DNA of 64,000 bases from an uncultured Acidobacteriota bacterium (lineage in GTDB: Bacteria; Acidobacteriota; Thermoanaerobaculia; Multivoradales; UBA5704). Made by a program: the position numbers and the translations under genes. Location: the NCBI GenBank assembly GCA_963700145.1, contig OY969474.1, positions 3,968,001 through 4,032,000 of the forward strand, given 5' to 3'. Below are positions 32,090 to 41,000 of the stretch, in pieces. A model generated the notes under the pieces. It saw only the letters and a list, made by a program, of their open reading frames with translations, made no database searches and had not been told where the DNA came from. Each line of letters starts with the position of its first letter. Position 1 is the first letter of the stretch.

Positions 32090-34039
32090 ATGTCGCAGCC
32101 CGCTGTCCGCGCGTTCGCTTCTCCTCCTCGCCGTCCTTGCCGCCGCGCCGGCCGCCGTCCACGCGCAGCTCGCGCCCGTCGGTCCCCAGCTCACCCTCGT
32201 CCCGCTCGGCGAGACGAACTTCGACGACCGCCCGGCGGTGGCGGCCGGCCCCGAGGGGTTCGTCCTGGCCTGGACGAGCCCCCAGCCCGACCCGGCGCCC
32301 GGCGGCTTCGCCACCAGCATCTCCGCCCGGCGCTTCGACCTCCAGGGGCGCGCCGCCGGGGCGGTGGTGCGCGCCGACCTGCCGCCGGAGCCGTTCGCGG
32401 ACGGGTTGCGCCTCGAGCCGACGGTGGCCGTCGGCCGCGACGGCGGCTTCGTCGTCGCCTGGCACGAGCGTCGACGACCGCGACGTCCACGCCCGCAGCT
32501 TCGGCCCCCGCGACCGCGCGCGGGGCCGCCGACTTCGTCGTCAACACCACCCGCGACTTCTGGCAGGTCCTGCCCAAGGTCGCCGCCGATCCGCGCGGCG
32601 GCTACACCGTCGTCTGGGTCAACAGCGACGTCGGCGACCAGGGCCCCTGGCCCGAGGGCGCCTTCGGCCAGCGGCTCGACCTCGCCGGCCGCAAGGTCGG
32701 CGACGAGTTCCCCCTAGACCAGACCGAGGCCGCGGACCGGCAGGTGGACGTGGCGATCGCGACGAACGGCGAGCGGCTGGTGGGCTGGTGGTCCTGGCTG
32801 CCCGAGCTCATGGTCCGCCGCCTGGCGCGCTCCGGCGCTCCCCTGACCCCCGAGCTCAGCGCCAGCGGCCACTCGGAGTGGCACGGCACCACCTCGATCT
32901 GCGCCCTGCCGGGCGGCCGCTTCCTGGCGGCGTGGGAGGCGCCGTTCCCGGAGGAGGGCCTCTTCGCCCGCGGCATCGGGGCCGACGACACCCTCGGGCC
33001 GATCCACCGGATCGACCCTCCGGGCGATCCGCTCCGCGGCCGGCCCCACCTCGCCTGCGACCGCTTCGGCGGCGTCCTGGCCGTCTACGCGGCGTTCGAC
33101 GGGACGGTCCGCGCCCGCCAGCTCGACCTCTCGGGGGCGCCGGCGGGGGAGGAGGTCGTCGCCGGCGACTGGCCCCACGAGCTACTGCCCCCGGCGCCCG
33201 TCGCGGCGCTGGGACCGGGCGGCCGCGCCCTGGTCGCCTGGCGCTCGGACGGCGCGGCCGGAACTGGCGTCGCCGGCCGGGTCCTGCAGCTCGGCCCCGC
33301 GGCCTGCGTGACGTCCGACACCGACCTCTGCCTCCACGGCGGCCGCTTCCGGGTCCGCGCCCACTGGCGCATCCCGAACAGCCGCGACGCCGGCCTCGCC
33401 CGCGCCCGGCCGCTCCTCAACGACACCGGCACGTTCTGGTTCTTCGCGCCCGACAACCTCGAGCTGGCGGTCAAGGTGCTCGACGGGCGGGCGGTCAACG
33501 GCCGATTCTGGGTCTTCGCGGGGTCGCTGACGACCGTCGAGTACTGGCTCGAAGTCTTCGACACCGCGACCGCGGCGGCCCGCACCTACTACAACCCGCC
33601 CGGCAGCCAGGCCGGGATCGCCGACACGGGCGCCTTCGTCGCGCCGGCGGCCGCGGCCGCGGTCTCGCCGCCGGCCCGAGGGCCGGCCGCGGCGTTCCCG
33701 GCGGGTCCTTGCGCCGGCCCGCCCGCGACCCTCTGCCTCGGCGGCGGCCGCTTCGCCGTGGAGGTCACCTGGGACATCGGCTCGGCGACCGGCGCCGGCA
33801 CCGCCGTCCCCCTGACCGCCGACACCGGCGGCTCCTGGTTCTTCGGCGACCAGAACGTCGAGCTCCTCGTCAAGCTCCTCGACGGCCGCCCGGTGAACGG
33901 CCACTTCTGGGTCCTCTGGGGGGGCCTGACGACGGTGGACTACACCTTCAGGGTCACCGACCTCGCGACCGGCGAGCGGAAGGAGTACCACCACCCCGCC
34001 GGCTCCCTGCTCGGCGGCAGCGACAGCGTGGCGTTTTGA
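32090..34039 (+). CDS. Secreted protein with two C-terminal lineage-typical repeat domains; three apparent frameshifts (about 32120, 32470, 32520)
   Basis: Signal peptide and P.VA....G.F.VAW repeats split across three frames; tandem LCL.GGRF.V...FWFF..N.EL.VK.LDGR.VNG.FWV...AF domains. Confidence 0.75.
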   Translation: MSQPAVRAFASPPRRPCRRAGRRPRAARARRSPAHPRPARRDELRRPPGGGGRPRGVRPGLDEPPARPGARRLRHQHLRPALRPPGARRRGGGARRPAAGAVRGRVAPRADGGRRPRRRLRRRLARASTTATSTPAASAPATARGAADFVVNTTRDFWQVLPKVAADPRGGYTVVWVNSDVGDQGPWPEGAFGQRLDLAGRKVGDEFPLDQTEAADRQVDVAIATNGERLVGWWSWLPELMVRRLARSGAPLTPELSASGHSEWHGTTSICALPGGRFLAAWEAPFPEEGLFARGIGADDTLGPIHRIDPPGDPLRGRPHLACDRFGGVLAVYAAFDGTVRARQLDLSGAPAGEEVVAGDWPHELLPPAPVAALGPGGRALVAWRSDGAAGTGVAGRVLQLGPAACVTSDTDLCLHGGRFRVRAHWRIPNSRDAGLARARPLLNDTGTFWFFAPDNLELAVKVLDGRAVNGRFWVFAGSLTTVEYWLEVFDTATAAARTYYNPPGSQAGIADTGAFVAPAAAAAVSPPARGPAAAFPAGPCAGPPATLCLGGGRFAVEVTWDIGSATGAGTAVPLTADTGGSWFFGDQNVELLVKLLDGRPVNGHFWVLWGGLTTVDYTFRVTDLATGERKEYHHPAGSLLGGSDSVAF

Positions 34040-34040
34040 G

Positions 34041-34102
34041 ACTCATCTTCAGGGGCCTTCAGCGGCCGGCGTCAACCGTCCGCTGCAAGGCCCGTGTTAT
34101 GC
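34041..34102 (-). mobile_element. Integron attC site (62 bp) with non-canonical R' (GATGAGT)
   Basis: GCATAAC-ac-GGGCCTT(G)CAGCGG..loop..CCGCTGAAGGCCC-ctgaa-GATGAGT; inverse core overlaps TAA of upstream gene. Confidence 0.85.
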
Positions 34103-34918
34103 GTCATCTTTGTCCTCTCGGGTCTCCGGTGTATACACGAACTTCTCAAGCGCCTCCTTGTCCAATTTGCCCATCATCAAGAGGAATGCATTCAAGGTCT
34201 GTTGCACGAACGTGGCGCGCTCTTTGTATGGGGCTATCATACAAGCGAGAAGGCACAGCCTTACGACCCGCTTTCTTTGCTCCTTGAGAGTCTCGGTGGT
34301 TCCCCCGACAACTCCAGGTCGTCCCGACTCGTCAGCATAGAGGAGAAGATTCCTCGTGTTGGCGCGCTCTTCTATGTACTTCATTACATCCCCTTGCGCC
34401 GGACCCTGTGCGAATTCCTCAAGCTGGCGCTCGAAATGGTAAGGCTGACCTGGCTGCTCCTCCGAGACAAGAAAATTGAATGGGGTATCAGGACTGCCCC
34501 ACCGCCCATCAGGGGCTAGAAACTCCCATATAAGGTGAGGCTTCGCCTCTTCCTCGACTAACCTGAGACGGACTGGTGGGAACTGTGAACTAACCGACGC
34601 CAGAAACTTGTATATCTGCATGACAAAGGGATAGAGAGCTGCCTTGTACGGGTGACTCCATAACTGGATCTTCTCTGAGTTCGCATAACGCCGCTGGCGG
34701 AGGCTAAAGAATACAGCGGTGGCGGCCTCCTCCTCAGCTGTTATCGCTCTGAACATTGCCATCTCGGGATCGATATCTACAATCTGGCCTGCTCGCTCAA
34801 GGTGATGAAAGGCATGGCGCGCACATTGAAGCACACGCCCGCTGGTGGCCTTGAGACCTTCCACAACCAGATTCTCTAGTCTCTGGTCATCAAGCTTAGG
34901 TGTCTCTTCATCACTCAT
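34097..34918 (-). CDS. Cassette gene: AbiV-like HEPN protein (putative anti-phage)
   Basis: AMFRAITAEEEAA, HPYK and RNLLLYAD motifs resemble AbiV HEPN; bounded by core GTTATGC (34930-34936) and attC. Confidence 0.6.
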   Translation of the reverse strand: MSDEETPKLDDQRLENLVVEGLKATSGRVLQCARHAFHHLERAGQIVDIDPEMAMFRAITAEEEAATAVFFSLRQRRYANSEKIQLWSHPYKAALYPFVMQIYKFLASVSSQFPPVRLRLVEEEAKPHLIWEFLAPDGRWGSPDTPFNFLVSEEQPGQPYHFERQLEEFAQGPAQGDVMKYIEERANTRNLLLYADESGRPGVVGGTTETLKEQRKRVVRLCLLACMIAPYKERATFVQQTLNAFLLMMGKLDKEALEKFVYTPETREDKDDA

Positions 34919-34962
34919 AACGTTCTACCGCATAACGTTCACCACATCCACCCTTTAGCTAC

Positions 34963-35021
34963 GGCCAACTTCGTAGCCCCTCGCCGGCGGCGAAGCCGTC
35001 CGGTGCAGGGGCCGGTTAGCC
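34963..35021 (-). mobile_element. Integron attC site (59 bp)
   Basis: GGCTAAC-cg-GCCCCT(G)CACCGG(A)CGGC-ttc-GCCGCCGGCGAGGGGC-tacgaa-GTTGGCC; two extrahelical bases; overlaps TAA. Confidence 0.9.
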
Positions 35022-35615
35022 GCTTCCCACGTCAGCACGATCACGCGCGGTATCCTTGCGTGCAGGAGCTGGCGCCTGAAAGCGATCAAGGAGGCTCGTT
35101 GCGCCATCCCAACCGTAGTGACTCATATATTCGCGGATTCTGCGAAGCTTCGGATCGGGGGAATCGGGCCGCAGGTGCACACCCCAATAGTCAAGGTAAG
35201 GTTCAACATCGCTCTCCGTGATGAGACCGGCGCGAATATAGCTCTCGAAGCGTTCGAGGCCGTCGCATAGCGTATCAAAAGCATCTCGAACCGCGGTCTC
35301 CTTCTCCGTGAAAGTGCAGCCATTGCCGTGAGGTCGCAGAGCATCGACGATCTCCTGAGCTGAGATGAATTCGAGCCGGTCGGGATTCTCTCTATGCGGG
35401 AAGAGCTGAATCGGCCGCCAGCCCCAATCCACCATCTTGAAGGCCGCGTCAACTTGTGGATTTGTAAGGAATTCCTTCATCTCCTGCGACACCCATTCGG
35501 CTCGCTTCCAGCGCTGAGCCTTCTTGTACTGGAGCAAGCCCACGACAAAGGCTACGCCTGCACCGAGGAGAGCGAACGCCGTGAGTGTCTGCTCCGCATT
35601 CCAGTTTGACAGCAT
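35016..35615 (-). CDS. Cassette gene: single N-terminal TM hypothetical protein (DUF4760-like)
   Basis: TM then QYKKAQRWKRAE; core site GTTGGCC at 35631-35637 upstream and attC downstream. Confidence 0.65.
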   Translation of the reverse strand: MLSNWNAEQTLTAFALLGAGVAFVVGLLQYKKAQRWKRAEWVSQEMKEFLTNPQVDAAFKMVDWGWRPIQLFPHRENPDRLEFISAQEIVDALRPHGNGCTFTEKETAVRDAFDTLCDGLERFESYIRAGLITESDVEPYLDYWGVHLRPDSPDPKLRRIREYMSHYGWDGATSLLDRFQAPAPARKDTARDRADVGSG

Positions 35616-35728
35616 TAATGGCTCCAAGTCGGCCAACTCTTGTCTGGTAGCGCTCTGCCACCCGCCTCGTATTGGATGACCGGGGACACTTTGCGGGACG
35701 GCGGCGAGTGCATCGTAGGATAGTTCTC

Positions 35729-36117
35729 ATGAACGACGTGCTGCCGTGCCTCGACCTGCTCGAAGCCACTCCCGCTATCCTGCGCGGGCTGATGTCCGAG
35801 ATCTCCGCAGAGGACGCGCACTGGAAGCCGGCAGCCGACCGTTTCTCGATCGCCGAGGTGCTCTCGCACCTCTCGCATTCCGAGGCGCACTGCTACCGGT
35901 CCAGGCTCGACCGGTTCCTCGCCGAGGAGCGCCCGGAGTTCGAGCCGGACGATGCGCAGATGCATCTCGACGTGTACCGGAATGCCGACCCCGAGGAGGA
36001 CTTCGCGCACTTTGCGGACCAGCGTGAAACCAACATCGAGCTGCTGCGGGGCTTGCCCGCCGAAACCGGTGTCCGCAAGGCACTGCATCGGTTCGCCGGT
36101 GAGATCACGTTGTCCCA
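35729..36117 (+). pseudogene. 3'-truncated, inverted diverged copy of dinB 37168-37680
   Basis: Same protein to EITLSQ with about 8 aa changes; lacks C-terminal HDIGH; upstream CGTAGGATA..TCTC also shared. Confidence 0.9.
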
Positions 36118-36158
36118 GGCGGCAGCGCCAGCGCGGCGTTTTGAGACTCATCTTCAGG
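36118..36158 (+). repeat. 41-bp copy of 34013-34053 (gene 3' end plus attC junction)
   Basis: GGCGGCAGCGmCAGCGyGGCGTTTTGAGACTCATCTTCAGG, 39/41 identical. Confidence 0.9.
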
Positions 36159-36170
36159 CGCCGGTTATGC
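36146..36170 (-). mobile_element. Collapsed attC remnant
   Basis: GCATAAC-cggcgcctgaa-GATGAGT: same ends as attC 34041-34102 with the stem deleted. Confidence 0.65.
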
Positions 36171-36175
36171 GGCGA

Positions 36176-36767
36176 TTACTTGGTTCCACCGCTTGAACGT
36201 ACACGAACCCCTTATATCCCGCGAGTCTTGGATCGGGCTCATAAGAGACGTGAGGTTGATACTCCTCGTCCGCGTTGGTAGTGAGGAACGACCGTTCGTG
36301 TTGGTACAATCCGTGCCGGTCATTAGACCCCCACCAGATGAAATCGCCCAATCGCCCACTGACGTCCACAACCGGACGATTTTGGGAATCGAGCAGCTCG
36401 AACCGAAGGCTTCCGTTGAACTTTTCCGTATCGCGCCACAAAGCATCGTTGTGATCGCGGATGACGAGGTACACGCCACACGGCCGCCCGATGTCGGCGA
36501 GATCGGCCAAGTGGTACTCCAACTGCTGGGGGCTGGCCAGATCGAGCTCAGGCATGGTGATGCTGTAGCCCGGGGTCGGCAAAGGCCGGCAAACCACGAG
36601 ATGTCTTCAAAGCTGCCGTCGCCGCGATGGCTCGGGACGGGAGGAAGGAGCAAGCGGCGGGCGATGAAGAAGCCGCCGAGCAGCAAGACGGCCACCACCG
36701 CAATCTTGACTGCCCGACGCTTCCGCATTTCCTCAGCCTCGCGGAAGCTCTCGACAAGATCGTTCAT
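36176..36767 (-). CDS. Cassette-like membrane-anchored hypothetical protein, frameshifted (about 36595 and 36193)
   Basis: N-terminal TM in one frame, globular continuation (PGYSITMPELDL...GFVYV) in another; ends next to attC remnant. Confidence 0.5.
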
Positions 36768-37147
36768 CCCTCAATCATCTCGGTCCGGCTGAAGGAGCAC
36801 TGCTCCATCACGAGCCGCCATTCGCCGGCCTGTTTCTCCCAGACCATGACGCACCGATGGTCATCCGTGAAGGGAGTGCCCTCGAACGAGCCGGCACCCT
36901 GGTAGCGGTGCCGCACCACGACCGCGTCAGGGCCCACGACGCGGACGACGACTTCGGTGCGCGTGCCGTGATCCAGCCGATAGCTCGGTGAGCGGATGAT
37001 CGCCAGGATGGCTTGGCGATCGAGGCTCGAGCCGTCCGGGGCAACGTAGATGTAGTCATCGGCCGCCAGCCGTTCCACGGTCGCGGCATCCTTCTCCAGC
37101 CACGCCTGAAACCAGCGCTCACTCAGGTCATGCAACTCCGACGACAT
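36764..37147 (-). CDS. NTF2-like (DUF4440) protein
   Basis: WFQAWLEKDAATVERLAADDYIYV ... VWEKQAGEWRLV. Confidence 0.8.
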   Translation of the reverse strand: MSSELHDLSERWFQAWLEKDAATVERLAADDYIYVAPDGSSLDRQAILAIIRSPSYRLDHGTRTEVVVRVVGPDAVVVRHRYQGAGSFEGTPFTDDHRCVMVWEKQAGEWRLVMEQCSFSRTEMIEG

Positions 37148-37167
37148 CCGCCGGTCCTCCCGGATCG

Positions 37168-37680
37168 TCATGGCTTCAACCGATACTCTTCGCCCAATGG
37201 GCCGGCCCCCGCGAGATACTTCCGGGCGCGCACCAGTTCCGCGATCTGCCGGATGTGCCCGATATCGTGAAGCGCCCACTCGTGCAGCATCTGGGAGAGC
37301 GTGATCTCGCCGGCCGACCGATGCAACGCCTTGCGGCCGCCGGTTTCCGCGGGCAAGCCCCGCAGCAGCTCGATGTTGGTTTCACGCTGGTCCTCGAAGT
37401 GCCCGAAGGCCTCCTCGGGGTCGGCGTTCCGGTACACGTCGAGATGCATCTGCGCGTCGTCCGGCTCGAACTCCGGACGCTCTTCGGCGAGGAACCGGTC
37501 GAGCCTGGCGCGGTAGCAGTGCGCCTCGGAATGCGAGAGATGCGAGAGCACCTCGGCAATCGAGAAACGGTCGGCGGCCGGCTTCCATCGCGCATCCTCT
37601 GCGGAGATCTCGGACATCAGGCCGCGGAGGATGGCGGGAGTCGTTTCGAGCAGGTCGAGGCACGGCAGCACGTCGTTCAT
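37168..37680 (-). CDS. DinB-family protein
   Basis: FSIAEVLSHL, EWALHDIGHIRQI. Confidence 0.85.
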   Translation of the reverse strand: MNDVLPCLDLLETTPAILRGLMSEISAEDARWKPAADRFSIAEVLSHLSHSEAHCYRARLDRFLAEERPEFEPDDAQMHLDVYRNADPEEAFGHFEDQRETNIELLRGLPAETGGRKALHRSAGEITLSQMLHEWALHDIGHIRQIAELVRARKYLAGAGPLGEEYRLKP

Positions 37681-37686
37681 GAGAAA

Positions 37687-38343
37687 TTATCCTACGGAAG
37701 GGTAGGCGGCCGGCGGCAAGCGGCACGACGCCAACCAGTAGTGTGTGAGCTCAACGGTTTGGGAGTCGACTGCGCCGAGAGCATCGAGTCGCGACAGTAC
37801 ATCGGACATCGACGGGTAGTTCTTGAGGACCATGTGTTGGCTGCCGTCAGAGAGCGTCCTCTGCTGGTAGGTGTTGCCCTCGGCGTCACTGGCGACGATC
37901 GGGGAGCTACTGCCTAGAAGGAAGCGATTGTCGAAGAGAATCAAGAGGCTCGGAGACGCGCTCGGCCGCAGGGCGCGTAGCGCGTTAGCCAACCGGCCGA
38001 GCGGAATGTGGGACCACCAAAAGCCCGCGACGACGACGTCAAAGGGACACCGAAGAGGCTGCTGCAGGAGTGCGTCAGCGGCGACGAAGCGCGTGGAGCA
38101 AGCGTAGTGCTTCTGGCTTGCGACGCGAAGCACAGACATAGAGATGTCGCTACCGATGATGGACTCAGCCACTCGGGCGAGGCGCTGCGTCCAGTAGCCG
38201 GTGCCACAAGCCACTTCAAGGACACGGCCTTCGCGACACAGGAGGGCCAGCCTGGCTTCGAGGGCCGCGAGATCTGCCTGTCTCTCGGGCAGGCCGTAGA
38301 TGGCCTCGTACTCAGGGGCCCGACGGGAGTAGTAGTCCAACAG
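37687..38343 (-). CDS. Class I SAM-dependent methyltransferase (cassette-like)
   Basis: YYSRRAPEYE, VLEVACGTGYWT, GFWWSHIP; core site GTTAGCC at 38359-38365; start approximate. Confidence 0.8.
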   Translation of the reverse strand: MLDYYSRRAPEYEAIYGLPERQADLAALEARLALLCREGRVLEVACGTGYWTQRLARVAESIIGSDISMSVLRVASQKHYACSTRFVAADALLQQPLRCPFDVVVAGFWWSHIPLGRLANALRALRPSASPSLLILFDNRFLLGSSSPIVASDAEGNTYQQRTLSDGSQHMVLKNYPSMSDVLSRLDALGAVDSQTVELTHYWLASCRLPPAAYPSVG

Positions 38344-38375
38344 GCTGCGGCCGACTTGGGCTAACAAGCCCGATG

Positions 38376-38937
<562 letters not shown>

Positions 38938-39014
38938 TACGTAAGAGTACCTGGTTCGGCGTGATACCCGCTGCCCCGGGCGCAACGGTGACGGCGTTGT
39001 GCGCACTTGCCCAC

Positions 39015-39061
39015 TTGCCGCCCCAGGCCGGATGGAATATTCTAGCTCTTCCTTAAGGAGG
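39015..39061 (+). promoter_or_regulatory. Sigma70-like promoter and RBS of amine oxidase pair
   Basis: TTGCCG-N17-TATTCT; TAAGGAGG SD. Confidence 0.55.
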
Positions 39062-39066
39062 ACATC

Positions 39067-39786
39067 ATGGGAAAGTACGTCTCGTGGCTCTTCGCGGCGC
39101 TGGTGGCAGCTGTCTTCCTCGGTTGTACCAGTACTTACGGTTCATCCCCTCCGCCCGGCGGGGGTCCCGCGTATCCCCCGCCTGCCGCGCCGATTCTTCC
39201 CCTCGACCCACTGCGGCCCGAGGAAGTCGAGGCGGCGCAGCGGATTGCGCAGTCGGATCCGCGCGTGCGCGAGCTCCTCGCTGAGAACCCGCGTGTCATT
39301 TACGTCCAGTCGATCGCACCGAAGATCGGTCCGAACGCCGACGAGCCGCGCGGACGGCACGCGGACGTGTTCTACCTCAGCGGCGATGAGGAGACGGGCG
39401 TCCGTGTCCTCGTCGATCTCGCGGGAAGTCGTGTCGTCGAGCATGTTCGACTTCCGCAGAACAAGGTCCCCCTTGGCGTCGCCGACGTTCAGGAAGCGCT
39501 TCGGCTCGCCCTCGAGAACGGCGCCGTGCGGCAGCTGCTCGGTGCGCGGGCCAGCGGCTTCCGCGTTCTGAGCGGACCCATCACACCGGAAAACGCGAAT
39601 TCCGACCGCGTCTCCGGTCTGCGTCATGTCGCCGGCAACCGCGAAGATCCGTGCTACCGGGGTCGCTGTCTCTACCTGCTCTTCAGCAGCGGCGGACGCC
39701 TGATCCTCACGGACGAGGAAATCCTGGTGAATCTCACCACGCGAGACGTGCGGGTCATGTCCACGCGGGAAGGAGCGAACCGATGA
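39067..39786 (+). CDS. Lipoprotein resembling copper amine oxidase N2/N3 domains
   Basis: Lipobox FLGC; PLDPLRPEEV like CuAO HPLDPL..EI; two similar alpha/beta halves. Confidence 0.6.
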   Translation: MGKYVSWLFAALVAAVFLGCTSTYGSSPPPGGGPAYPPPAAPILPLDPLRPEEVEAAQRIAQSDPRVRELLAENPRVIYVQSIAPKIGPNADEPRGRHADVFYLSGDEETGVRVLVDLAGSRVVEHVRLPQNKVPLGVADVQEALRLALENGAVRQLLGARASGFRVLSGPITPENANSDRVSGLRHVAGNREDPCYRGRCLYLLFSSGGRLILTDEEILVNLTTRDVRVMSTREGANR

Positions 39787-40901
39787 ACCGCAAGGCGATC
39801 CTCATGCTCTTCGCGATCGCGGTCCCGCCCGGGATCGCCGCAAATGCCCAGTCGCCTCAGTTCTGCAATGCGCCGTACTTCGTCGAACAGTCGTTTCCGG
39901 TCGGCGGCCCGGAAGTCTCGCGATGGAAGTTGTGCTGGCAGGTCGTCAACGGCCCCAACCTCGTCATCACCGGCGCGTGGTTCCGGCCTGCTCCCGCGGC
40001 GCCGTGGATCAAGATCCTCTACGACGGCCGTCTGTCGCAGCTCTTCGTGCCGTATCACGGCGGCGCCCCTCGCTTCTACGACGTCGATTACGGCTTCAGC
40101 TACGTCGCGTTGTCGAAAGACGACTGCCTGCCGCCGCATCAGATCATCGGTGCGTCCGAGGTCTGCAAGGAAGTGCGGGATCGCGGCCTGATGTGGAAAC
40201 ACGACCTCAAGGAGCGCCGCGGCGAGGAGCTCGCACTCTGGAGCGTGCTGGCGGCCGCGAACTACAACTACATCGTCGAATGGACATTCCGCGACGACGG
40301 AGTCTTCGGCATGCGTCTCGGCCTGACCGGCATCATCTGGCCGAACAAGCAGAGCCACATGCACGGAACGATCTGGCGGCTGGACATGGATTTGAACGGT
40401 GCGTGCTGCGACACGGCCGCGATCATGTCGCACGCGGAGGTCGGGCTGACCGGCGTCGACTCGATGACCGACGTCAACAATGCGAAGGGCTTCCCGTGGA
40501 ATGCGCTCGCCTTCGACATGCTCTCGATTCGCGATGCGACGCTGAAGAACTCGAACGGCAAGTCGACGGAGTGGCATCTCATGCCGTACCGCATGGGAAC
40601 GCCGATGCACAACGGTGTCGACGAGGGGTTCACGAAGAACACCTACTGGGTCACGCCGTACGTGTGGTGGCAGACGAAGGCGGAGGACCTGCCGGATTAC
40701 GTGATGGGAAGTCCGAACACGAAGAACACCGACGTCGTGCTCTGGTACTACACCGGCGCGCACCACGTCATCCGCGACGAAGATCTGACGCCGGGCGGCG
40801 GCCCGGGGATGACGTTGATGATGTACGACTACTTCCTGCTCAAGCCGTTCAACCTCTGGTCGTCCACGCCATTCTGCGATCCGCCGAGCAGTTGCCTGTG
40901 A
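39783..40901 (+). CDS. Secreted copper amine oxidase catalytic-domain protein
   Basis: Signal peptide; LFVPY..RFYD, NYNY (TPQ site), HMH, WRLDMDLNG, DVVLWY...HH. Confidence 0.75.
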   Translation: MNRKAILMLFAIAVPPGIAANAQSPQFCNAPYFVEQSFPVGGPEVSRWKLCWQVVNGPNLVITGAWFRPAPAAPWIKILYDGRLSQLFVPYHGGAPRFYDVDYGFSYVALSKDDCLPPHQIIGASEVCKEVRDRGLMWKHDLKERRGEELALWSVLAAANYNYIVEWTFRDDGVFGMRLGLTGIIWPNKQSHMHGTIWRLDMDLNGACCDTAAIMSHAEVGLTGVDSMTDVNNAKGFPWNALAFDMLSIRDATLKNSNGKSTEWHLMPYRMGTPMHNGVDEGFTKNTYWVTPYVWWQTKAEDLPDYVMGSPNTKNTDVVLWYYTGAHHVIRDEDLTPGGGPGMTLMMYDYFLLKPFNLWSSTPFCDPPSSCL

Positions 40902-41000
40902 GAGCGATGTAGGACAGACAAGAGTGTCTGCTCTTGCGGATGGCGGCCGGCTCCTCCCGTCGCGGCGATCGACATCGGCCGCGCCAGGAGCCCTGGCCCG

